Shown here: positions 29,407-37,461 of the stretch, one piece after another
Numbering within the stretch: the stretch's first letter is position 1
Layout of the letters: each line of letters opens with the position of its first letter
DNA from: Bradymonadia bacterium
GTDB lineage: Bacteria > Myxococcota_A > Bradymonadia > UBA7976 > UBA1532
NCBI GenBank assembly: GCA_049889275.1
Contig: JBMHDS010000085.1
Coordinates: 153,470 to 217,469, forward strand
DNA length: 64,000 nt
Reading direction: 5' to 3'
Position numbers and translations under genes: made by a program
The notes under the pieces: generated by a model
What the model was told of the DNA's origin: nothing
Databases searched by the model: none
Seen by the model: the letters and a program-made list of their open reading frames with translations, nothing else

Positions 29407-29448
29407 AACGGGTTGCCTCCCAATCGATCACACGGTCCAAATGAACCC

Positions 29449-29477
29449 TTGACGGCTATGGTCATACAAGATGGTAT
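29449..29477 (+). promoter_or_regulatory. Sigma-70-like promoter candidate (TTGACG-17-TGGTAT)
   Basis: Located in the divergent alaS / lipoprotein intergenic region, upstream of the ORF at 29523. Confidence 0.3.
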
Positions 29478-29522
29478 GCCGCTTAGAGCCACAGCTCGTC
29501 GACTCAGAAACGAGACCATCAG

Positions 29523-29966
29523 ATGGACGACACTACTAACCAAATCGATACGCCAAAACAATGGTTTAAGCGGTTCGCCCTCGCCTTTTGTCTTGTTTCA
29601 GTATCCTGCGGTGGCAATCCTAGAGAAGAAGTATACGGCCGCTATCGCATCGACTTGGCGCATCAACTCGACAACTTGCGCTACGAGGAACTCAAGCCAG
29701 CCGTGCAGCGAACCTTCAAACGACTGACAACAACACTCGCCCAGCATGCCACCTATCGGTTTTCCGCTGAGGGTTGTGCTCGCGAGATCGGCGGCGTCGA
29801 GAAGTCATTTACCTGTGAGTTCCTTCGGGTGGAAAAGCGCCGGACCGTTGTTTATCGCTCAGTGGATGATGCCGGCAGAACTCGCTATCTGCGGTTGACA
29901 CCAACCGAACGGGGTGTGAGGCTCGATAACGGTATATTTGATCGAGAATTGGAACGGATTCCATAA
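29523..29966 (+). CDS. Hypothetical secreted/lipoprotein (family member 1)
   Basis: Signal peptide with LVSVSCG lipobox-like motif; first of three tandem small secreted proteins. Confidence 0.45.
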   Translation: MDDTTNQIDTPKQWFKRFALAFCLVSVSCGGNPREEVYGRYRIDLAHQLDNLRYEELKPAVQRTFKRLTTTLAQHATYRFSAEGCAREIGGVEKSFTCEFLRVEKRRTVVYRSVDDAGRTRYLRLTPTERGVRLDNGIFDRELERIP

Positions 29967-29981
29967 GAGCTGAGCCTAAGG

Positions 29982-30386
29982 TTGTTCATGAAATTTCTCT
30001 CTACGCTATTGTTGTGTTCGCTGATGACGATTGGTTGCGGAAGCGAAACCGAATTCCTCGAAGGCAAATGGCAGGTAGATGTTGAGCGCACCATCATGGC
30101 GAATTTGGAGTCGCTCACGCCCATGTCGCGCCACTCCATGGCTGATGTCACGCGGCAACTGACCGATCTCGAACTTCATTTTGGTGAGTCGGGACGTCTG
30201 ACGGTGGCGCGAGGTCGTCACTCAGTGAAAGCTGAATATGGACTCAAACAAAACAAGCCTAACTTTATCGAACTGTGGGTAACAGATGGTGCACGTCGCG
30301 AATCGTTGGGTGTACGCATGGATAATGCCACCCTCTGGTTGATGAACGGTGGTGACTTGATCGCACTGAATCGCAAATCACTATGA
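29982..30386 (+). CDS. Hypothetical lipoprotein (family member 2)
   Basis: LLLCSLMTIGCGSE lipobox; sequence similarity to the next ORF (KWQVDVERTI / RWALDAKRTL; GRLTV / GRLFF). Confidence 0.5.
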   Translation: MFMKFLSTLLLCSLMTIGCGSETEFLEGKWQVDVERTIMANLESLTPMSRHSMADVTRQLTDLELHFGESGRLTVARGRHSVKAEYGLKQNKPNFIELWVTDGARRESLGVRMDNATLWLMNGGDLIALNRKSL

Positions 30387-30823
30387 AGAATCTCAAGCGA
30401 CTCGCCCTCTCCACGACCATAGCCGTAGGGCTGATGATTGCGTTGAAGGTGAGTGGGGTTGAGTTCAGCTCTAAGCCGCCGGAAGAACGTCTCGTTGCCA
30501 GGTGGGCACTCGATGCGAAACGAACGCTGTTCGAATCAGTACCCACCGACGCATTACGCAGTACCTATTCTGCCGTTGGCGCGAACCTCTCAGACTTGCG
30601 ATACCAGTTCACCAATGACGGCCGATTATTTTTTGGTCCTCAAGTAAAGCTGGCTCACATCGCCAACTATGAAGTCGCCGGTATTTTACCCAACGGCGTG
30701 CAGTTGCAGCTCAAATATGTGGATGGACGCGCAGGCACCGTGGAGAAAGCGACTGTGACTTTTCCCGACTCATTCATGGCGTTCAAGCGCGGCGACCACG
30801 TCGCCGTTTGCGCGCGCGATTGA
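30383..30823 (+). CDS. Hypothetical secreted protein (family member 3)
   Basis: Signal peptide; 4-nt overlap with the previous gene; paralogous to 29982-30386. Confidence 0.5.
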   Translation: MKNLKRLALSTTIAVGLMIALKVSGVEFSSKPPEERLVARWALDAKRTLFESVPTDALRSTYSAVGANLSDLRYQFTNDGRLFFGPQVKLAHIANYEVAGILPNGVQLQLKYVDGRAGTVEKATVTFPDSFMAFKRGDHVAVCARD

Positions 30824-30833
30824 ATCCGCTGGC

Positions 30834-31658
30834 TCAGCCCTTGACGCCACCCGCCGTCAAGCCACCGACAAGATGCTTCTGGAGCGCAAAGAAGAGCGCC
30901 ATTACTGGAATCGATACGATCAAGCTGCCCGCGGCGAATAGCCCCCATTCGGTCGAATAATCACCGACGTACTGTTGCAACCGGACCGGCAGGGTGTAGG
31001 CGCGCTCGTCACTCATGAACGTGGCCGCAAGAATGTACTCGTTCCAAGCAGTCATGAAACTAAAGAGCGCCGTCACAGCGATAGCGGGACGCGACAGCGG
31101 CACAATAATACGCCAAAAAATTGTAAAAGGAGATGCCCCATCCATGACCGCGCTCTCCTCCAATTCGATGGGAATCGTGTCGAAATAGCCCTTCAACATC
31201 CAAACGCAGAACGGAATCGCGGTCGTCGAATAAACGACGATTAAACCGAGCGCCTGGTCGAGTAGACCGAGCCAATCGATGATCTGATAGAGAGGAATCA
31301 TCATCATCGTCCCTGGAAACATTTGGGTCATCAGGAGTGCCATCATGCCTGCGCGTCGCCCCGGAAACCGATAGCGGCTGAATGCATAGGCCGCAGTACA
31401 CGACAAAAAGATGCCCACCACCGTCGTCGCAACCGAGATGAGAACACTGTTGAAAAGCTGCTGCCAAAAATAGGGCGCATCCATGACCTCACGGAAGTTC
31501 GACAAGTCAAAGTGACTTGGAATCAGCGTCAGACTGGTATCAAAGTCTTGGCTTGGTCGAAGCGCCATTTTGAAGACCGCGACCACAGGAAAGAGCGTCA
31601 GCGCTGTCAGCGGCACGAGGAGTAAGTGAAGATGCCATTGTGGGCGAGTCTGCTTCAT
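30834..31658 (-). CDS. Carbohydrate ABC transporter permease (MalG-like)
   Basis: Six TM segments; EAA-loop region (ESAVMDGASPFTIFWRIIVPL). Confidence 0.85.
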   Translation of the reverse strand: MKQTRPQWHLHLLLVPLTALTLFPVVAVFKMALRPSQDFDTSLTLIPSHFDLSNFREVMDAPYFWQQLFNSVLISVATTVVGIFLSCTAAYAFSRYRFPGRRAGMMALLMTQMFPGTMMMIPLYQIIDWLGLLDQALGLIVVYSTTAIPFCVWMLKGYFDTIPIELEESAVMDGASPFTIFWRIIVPLSRPAIAVTALFSFMTAWNEYILAATFMSDERAYTLPVRLQQYVGDYSTEWGLFAAGSLIVSIPVMALFFALQKHLVGGLTAGGVKG

Positions 31659-33298
31659 GATGCCGACGCCTCGCTTTCACGACCCGCCCGCTGCGTGAGC
31701 GCGCTATAGGCGAGCAATACGAAGAAGATGACGAGTGAGTACGCAGCGGCATAACCGTAGCGCTCACGCTCGAATGCCCAACGATAGGCTTCAGTGATCA
31801 AAATATCGGTGCTGCCGTCGGGACGCCCTCCGCTCACCAAGTAGACAATATTAAACATATTGAAAGTCCACACGGATCCCATGATCACGGCTGGCAGAAG
31901 CGCCGGCCGCAGCAGTGGAATGGTGATGTGTCTGAACGCTTGCCATCGACTCGCGCCGTCGACTTCGGCTGCTTCGTAGAGGTCGGCCGGAATGCTCTGG
32001 AGTGCCCCCAAGGTGACCACCATCATAAAGGGAAAACCAAGCCACGTATTCGTCGCAACATTCGCGCTAAATGCAGTACCGAAAGAACCGAACCAATCCA
32101 CCGGCGAACTCCCAAGTTGAGTGAGCAGTGCATTGATCACGCCAAATTGTTGATTGAACATCCCCTTCCATACCAGCGCCGTGATGTAACTCGGGACAGC
32201 CCAAGGTACAATGAGTAACACGCGGTACACCCCCTTAAGCTTGAGGTCGGGTCGATTTAATAGCAAAGCGAGCGCGAGCCCGATTGCGACATGTAAAAAC
32301 ACATTAAGCGCCGTCCACAAAACGGTCACCCCAAGGGTGAAATAGAAATTGAGTGGATGGAGAAGCGGATAGTCTTGATTGGTGAGAATCTCTATAAAGT
32401 GGGCCAACCCAACCCAACTAAAGTCTCCCTGGCTGAACCTAAAGAACGAAAGACACACGCCAAATAAAAACGGCAGTAGCACCAAAACGCTGAGACCGAT
32501 AACCGCTGGGGCGATGTATGTGTAAGCCACGCGATTTGGACTTGCTTGGCCTTGATTTATCCAGCCTTGAATCGCACTCCATATGAGTGGCATGAGCGGC
32601 AACGCGAAGACCGCGTAGTGCCGCGCGCCCCATCCGAATTCGGGCGTGCCCAACAGATTCGCCGCCCCTGCTTCTAGTTCGGCGAGAACCATGAGCAGCA
32701 AAGCCGACATGCCCATTGCAGTAACGATGGGTCCGAAAAGCGTACGCACCGGTCTCGATTGTCCCTGTTTGAGCAGCCAGCCCCACACACACAATCCCGC
32801 CAGCATCGTCAGAAACAACCAAAGATAAGCCGATCCTAAGTCGGCTCCCCTCACTTTGCCCTCGACAATGATCGCGCGATTCGGCGGCACGAACTGCAAA
32901 CCTCTTAAATGAGCGCCATCAGCCATGAAGCGACGGCCGAGTTCGGCTGCGACCCAAAGATTGGCGTCAGTTTTGTTTACGCCGTCGAGACGTTTCTCGG
33001 AGACAGCCAAATCGACGTAAGAAAAGCTTCGTAAGAAAGCGTATTGATTATCGCGGCTTTTGGTCTCGATTATACGGACTTCGTAACCAGCCTCGCGTGC
33101 TGAACCCAGCGCGCGCTGAACACTTGAGGGTGCATCCTCAGCCAATGCCGAGGCTAAGCCAACGACGGCCGCGCGATCTGTCTCTCCGACGATGAAGTCC
33201 CCGTAGTAACTCAGAACAACTGCCGCTAATCCAAGCGCGATGAGGGTTGAAGCGATGGGTCCGAAGAGAGCGACTTGATTTGGCCTGTGTGTCGTCAT
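31655..33298 (-). CDS. Carbohydrate ABC transporter permease (MalF-like, extended N-terminal periplasmic region)
   Basis: EAAEVDGASRWQAFRHITIPL EAA motif; 547 aa with additional N-terminal TM and loop region as in MalF. Confidence 0.85.
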   Translation of the reverse strand: MTTHRPNQVALFGPIASTLIALGLAAVVLSYYGDFIVGETDRAAVVGLASALAEDAPSSVQRALGSAREAGYEVRIIETKSRDNQYAFLRSFSYVDLAVSEKRLDGVNKTDANLWVAAELGRRFMADGAHLRGLQFVPPNRAIIVEGKVRGADLGSAYLWLFLTMLAGLCVWGWLLKQGQSRPVRTLFGPIVTAMGMSALLLMVLAELEAGAANLLGTPEFGWGARHYAVFALPLMPLIWSAIQGWINQGQASPNRVAYTYIAPAVIGLSVLVLLPFLFGVCLSFFRFSQGDFSWVGLAHFIEILTNQDYPLLHPLNFYFTLGVTVLWTALNVFLHVAIGLALALLLNRPDLKLKGVYRVLLIVPWAVPSYITALVWKGMFNQQFGVINALLTQLGSSPVDWFGSFGTAFSANVATNTWLGFPFMMVVTLGALQSIPADLYEAAEVDGASRWQAFRHITIPLLRPALLPAVIMGSVWTFNMFNIVYLVSGGRPDGSTDILITEAYRWAFERERYGYAAAYSLVIFFVLLAYSALTQRAGRESEASAS

Positions 33299-34485
33299 TG
33301 GCTCGCTTTTCTAATCGCTTTTTCGGCCTCGAGGATCGCGTTATCAACGGCCTTACCTCGAACGATCGTCTGGGATAGCAGTCGACTCAGCGGCGACCAC
33401 AAATGCCTTACCATCGGGTCATTACTCAATGGCTGAGTGCGCGAAAGCTGGGCTCGGAACGCCTTCGCAAAGTGGTCATTGCGCACGTCTGCGCGATCAT
33501 ACACTGCGCGGTTGGCCACCAGTTGGCGACCAGTAGACCAGCGCGACAACGCTTCTGAATCTGAGGTAATGAAACGTGCCGCGATGAGCGCTGCCTCCTT
33601 TACCGGACTACGGGCGCTCAGCATCAAGGCTTCAACACCGAGAAATGGTCTGAGCGCCTTACCCGTTTCACTGAGCTCAGGGAGAGGTGCGACCCCCCAT
33701 TTGGCATGGCCTCTGAGCGCATTCTCGAACCAGGGCCCGTCGATAACGAACGCAAGCTTGCGCTGCTTAAAAAGTGCCGCGATCTGTGCTGCTGCGGCCC
33801 CTTTGGGCATCAGGCCGTCGGTGAGCAGTCGCCGCATGTATGCCAAACTCGACCGCATACCGGGCGAATCGACCCGCACCTCTTGCTTCTCGTTGAGCAC
33901 CTGTCCTTCAAATGCATGCAGCCATGGCGCGTGGTAGTAAAAGCTATCTACGGCAAACCCAATGCCCCAATGTTCGCTCGAGCGCTTTGCGGCGCCCGCT
34001 GCCTGCCGCAGTAAGGCCTGCGATGTCGCCGGCACTTCATCTACCAGCGTCGCATCATAGTATAAAGCCAACGTTTTGAAGCCCATCGGCAACCCGTAGA
34101 GCGTACTATGATAGACCAACGCGTTGAGCGTCTCATCGAGGAACACGCTGAGTTCATCGCCCGTCAACCAGTAATCAAGCGGTTCAATTAAACCACCCCG
34201 GGCCCAATCGCCAACTTGATCATGCGCAAAGATGAAAAGATCGGGCCCATTACCCCGCGGTACTGCGACGCGCAATTTATTCGCGAAAGCGTCGTATGGA
34301 AGCGCGACGAGACGTAGTGGCTGCGCCGGATGCAACTCATTGTAGCGTTTAGCTGACGCCACGAGAGCCTCTGCCTCAGCGCCGCGGTACGCATGCCACA
34401 AAACGATCGATTTTTTGGACGGATTCGACGCATCGCAGCCCAAGACGGCGACGCATGTGACCATGAGTAAAAGATGCCGAATCAT
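33295..34485 (-). CDS. Extracellular solute-binding protein (maltose/maltodextrin MalE-like)
   Basis: Signal peptide/lipobox (LGCDAS); family-1 solute-binding protein fold pattern; sits within a permease/ATPase operon. Confidence 0.8.
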   Translation of the reverse strand: MIRHLLLMVTCVAVLGCDASNPSKKSIVLWHAYRGAEAEALVASAKRYNELHPAQPLRLVALPYDAFANKLRVAVPRGNGPDLFIFAHDQVGDWARGGLIEPLDYWLTGDELSVFLDETLNALVYHSTLYGLPMGFKTLALYYDATLVDEVPATSQALLRQAAGAAKRSSEHWGIGFAVDSFYYHAPWLHAFEGQVLNEKQEVRVDSPGMRSSLAYMRRLLTDGLMPKGAAAAQIAALFKQRKLAFVIDGPWFENALRGHAKWGVAPLPELSETGKALRPFLGVEALMLSARSPVKEAALIAARFITSDSEALSRWSTGRQLVANRAVYDRADVRNDHFAKAFRAQLSRTQPLSNDPMVRHLWSPLSRLLSQTIVRGKAVDNAILEAEKAIRKASQ

Positions 34486-35540
34486 AACCGCGCTTCAGTA
34501 TCGGCGTCGAACAGATGAAAACAATCATTGTCCACTCGAACACAGAATATATCACCCGGCCGGGGCGTCAGTTCGTGCGAGAGTGCCCGTAAGGTCAATT
34601 CACCACAGCGCAGGTGAATGAGGGTCTCATGTCCCATCGGCTCAATGAAATCTACTGTATACCGGCATTCGTCCTTGGCCGCACCGTCCGGAGAGACCAA
34701 AGTCAGGTCGTGTGGGCGTATACCGACGGTTACAGCCATGTCGTTGAGCTCGTCCCGAGAACCACAGCGCCAGCCACTCACCTCAATCTGCCCACTGTTC
34801 ACAGTACCGTCCAAGATGTTCATCGTCGGATGCCCAATAAAGCCAGCCACAAAGACATTCTCGGGTTTGGAATACAAATCCATGGGCGCGCCGACCTGCT
34901 GCACAACCCCATCCCGCATCAGCACGATTCGGTCGGCCAGGGTCATCGCCTCAACTTGGTCGTGGGTCACATACAGGCTGGTTGCTCCCAGCTCTCTGTG
35001 CAAACGCCCAAGCTCCATTCGCATATGAGTTCTCAGGCGCGCATCGAGATTGGAGAGGGGTTCATCGAATAGAAATACCTTAGGTTGGCGAACGATAGCC
35101 CGACCCATTGCAACACGCTGACGTTGACCGCCGGACATCTGACCTGGTTTTCGGTCCAATAGCTCTGTCAGCCCAAGTGCCGCCGCAGCCGTCGATACCC
35201 TCTTCTGAATCTCAGCCGCATCAAGCTTCTGAATGCGTAACCCGAACGCCATATTCTCTCGAACCGTCATATGCGGGTACAACGCGTACGACTGAAACAC
35301 CATCGCGACGTTCCGGTCTCGCGGCGAGACATTGTTCACTTCCACACCGTCGATCAGCAAAGCGCCGGTGGTGATGGATTCAAGCCCGGCCACCATGCGA
35401 AGTGTTGTCGTCTTGCCGCAGCCCGACGGGCCGAGCAAGGCAATGAACTCGCCTGCCTTTATGTCGACATTGACCCCTTTTACCGCTTGAAAACCGTTTG
35501 GATAGGTTTTGGTCATATTTTGGAGGGTGACTTGCGCCAT
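34482..35540 (-). CDS. Sugar ABC transporter ATP-binding protein (MalK/UgpC-like)
   Basis: Walker A GPSGCGKTT, LSGGQRQR signature, Walker B LFDEPLSNLD, C-terminal TOBE regulatory domain. Confidence 0.9.
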   Translation of the reverse strand: MAQVTLQNMTKTYPNGFQAVKGVNVDIKAGEFIALLGPSGCGKTTTLRMVAGLESITTGALLIDGVEVNNVSPRDRNVAMVFQSYALYPHMTVRENMAFGLRIQKLDAAEIQKRVSTAAAALGLTELLDRKPGQMSGGQRQRVAMGRAIVRQPKVFLFDEPLSNLDARLRTHMRMELGRLHRELGATSLYVTHDQVEAMTLADRIVLMRDGVVQQVGAPMDLYSKPENVFVAGFIGHPTMNILDGTVNSGQIEVSGWRCGSRDELNDMAVTVGIRPHDLTLVSPDGAAKDECRYTVDFIEPMGHETLIHLRCGELTLRALSHELTPRPGDIFCVRVDNDCFHLFDADTEARL

Positions 35541-36029
35541 AGAGGACCTGTTTCATCAAGTTGTACTTATCGTCTGCGCTTCTAGGAATGGTCCTCGGCG
35601 GACCAAAGTCGTATCCTCATCTGTCAGGCGACGTGCACAATTCTCAAAGGCTCAACGAGTTAGCAACCCTAAACTGAGTCACGAGTGTAATTTTTGTATT
35701 TTTTTCGTCTGTCAGGTCTTGATTTACTCAACGTCTTGCTAGCTGCCGGCGGCATGCCTATGCCCACCAACCCCACCATGCCAAAAAACAAAGCCTCATC
35801 TCCAAACCAATCCGCCCGGCCGAGACAACCTGCCGCCGATGGCCTAACAGACCATGAAAACGGCTATTTTCTGGTCATTATTCGCCTCGCGGTCAAGGAA
35901 CGAGTATACAAAAAACATGCACCCCAACCGGCACCAATAATTATTTCGCTTGGCAAGACCTCGGAAATCATAGGTTTTTCATTAAAACAAGGCGGCCGAC
36001 TGAAAAACCGCTGGCACAAAAGGACTTAA

Positions 36030-36272
36030 TTCGTAGCCTTATAAGTGGACATGGGGCATGAGGAGTGTGAGGGCAGCAGTAATATCCCGTTACCATAAGC
36101 CCGGGAGCGGTCACTGACGATGGTGAGCAAGCCGACCAAAGTAGTCGGAAGCCTAAAGTCGTTACTTACTGAACCCACCTAGTGAGGTCCACGGGTATTT
36201 CACGTCCCAAGACTCACTTCACGTGATGACCAAATCCAATACGGGGTGCCCACGGGCGCCCCGTTTTTTTTT
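36030..36272 (+). ncRNA. Candidate unannotated small RNA (identity unknown)
   Basis: 730-bp coding-poor interval (35541-36270) with no convincing ORF, ending in a strong plus-strand intrinsic terminator; 5' end not determined. Confidence 0.25.
36243..36272 (+). terminator. Bidirectional rho-independent terminator (GGGGTGCCC-ac-GGGCGCCCC + T9)
   Basis: Perfect GC-rich stem followed by 9 T on the plus strand; on the minus strand it follows the dtd stop codon (A-run / stem / U-rich). Confidence 0.75.
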
Positions 36273-36738
36273 ACATCGTTTTCTCGGAATCAAACACGAT
36301 GGTGACCGGTCCGTCATTGGTGAGCGACACCTTCATATCAGCTTGAAATTGACCCGTTTCGACCACCGCCCCAAGTTCTTTCAATCGGCGATTAAACCGC
36401 CGGTATAGCTCGAGCGCTCGGTCCGGCGGTGCGGCCCGAACGAAGGATGGACGTCTACCCCGCTTACAGTCGCCATATAGCGTAAACTGGCTCACGCTCA
36501 AGATCGCCCCACGGACATCGAGAACGCTCAGATTCATCGCGCCGTTCGCATCACTGAAAATCCGAAGACCCACAAGCTTCTTCGCAATGTACTCCACGTC
36601 CTGTTCCGTGTCCTCAGAGCCTGCGGCGATAAGCACTAAGAGGCCTGCATCAATTTGTCCGACAATTTCGTCATCCACCGTAACCCGAGCTGTGGTTACT
36701 CGTTGTACAACCGCCCTCAAAATCAGCTCCAATTGCAT
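36271..36738 (-). CDS. dtd: D-aminoacyl-tRNA deacylase
   Basis: SQFTLY and NDGPVT motifs; 155 aa. Confidence 0.9.
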   Translation of the reverse strand: MQLELILRAVVQRVTTARVTVDDEIVGQIDAGLLVLIAAGSEDTEQDVEYIAKKLVGLRIFSDANGAMNLSVLDVRGAILSVSQFTLYGDCKRGRRPSFVRAAPPDRALELYRRFNRRLKELGAVVETGQFQADMKVSLTNDGPVTIVFDSEKTM

Positions 36739-36806
36739 TGTTCGGGAGCTGAGTATGACAGATCTCGTTCACAATTTTACTCGTTTGTGATAATTCCTTC
36801 GAGCCT

Positions 36807-37394
36807 TTGGTATATCGATCGGTTAATTCAATGAGTGACCAAAATCGAAAAACGCTCCGTAGCTTCTATTGCCGGGACTATTTATGGGACCTCTTTGAGG
36901 TGATGACACGGGACCTCGGCTGCTCGGTCGATTACCTGATCAACGAATCGATGCGGCACTATGCGAGGAGCCGTAACTACAGCCTCACATCGGCTGCGGA
37001 AGCCGTCTCCAACGAGGCTCCACGCTCGCGTGAGCCTGGCAACGCACAGCGACGGCCTCCACCATTACCCCACGGTTCTCCACAATCCGGCAGGCGCCCG
37101 AAGGAAGCGGTTCGACCGAGCATGTACCTTCTGTTCAACGGCCAGAGATATCGTCTCGACAAAGACCGCTTTATCATCGGCCGTGGTAGTCAGGTCACCG
37201 ACCTTACGATTCGCGATGGAAACATTTCCCGTAAACATTGCGCGATCATTTATCGGGGCGGAAACTACTTCATCAAGGACCTCGATAGTACCAACGGCGT
37301 TGAGTACAACGGGAAGCGAGTTGAGCGAAAAAGGATAGAAGAGGGCGACACTTTTTACCTGTGTGATTACGAGCTCAGATTTACATTCCGCTAA
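36807..37394 (+). CDS. FHA-domain protein
   Basis: C-terminal FHA domain (FIIGRGSQVTDLTIRDGNISRKHCAIIYRGGNYFIKDLDSTNGVEYNG); possible alternative start at 36828. Confidence 0.75.
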   Translation: MVYRSVNSMSDQNRKTLRSFYCRDYLWDLFEVMTRDLGCSVDYLINESMRHYARSRNYSLTSAAEAVSNEAPRSREPGNAQRRPPPLPHGSPQSGRRPKEAVRPSMYLLFNGQRYRLDKDRFIIGRGSQVTDLTIRDGNISRKHCAIIYRGGNYFIKDLDSTNGVEYNGKRVERKRIEEGDTFYLCDYELRFTFR

Positions 37395-37461
37395 GAGACG
37401 TCCCCCAGCCCAACAACAGCTCAGATGACATCGATGCTCGGGGCATGATGCGCTCGCTTGC

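Noticed and set aside
35694-36029. 111-aa ORF inside the malK-dtd gap
   Set aside because: No RBS, implausible composition (Pro/Ala-rich then basic), in a region better explained as non-coding RNA or UTR.
35541-36272. RNase P RNA, tmRNA or SRP RNA as the identity of the candidate ncRNA
   Set aside because: No AGGAAAGUCC P4 motif, no tRNA-like 3' end or tag-peptide reading frame, and no SRP domain-IV motif; only short chance matches such as ACUGAACCC.
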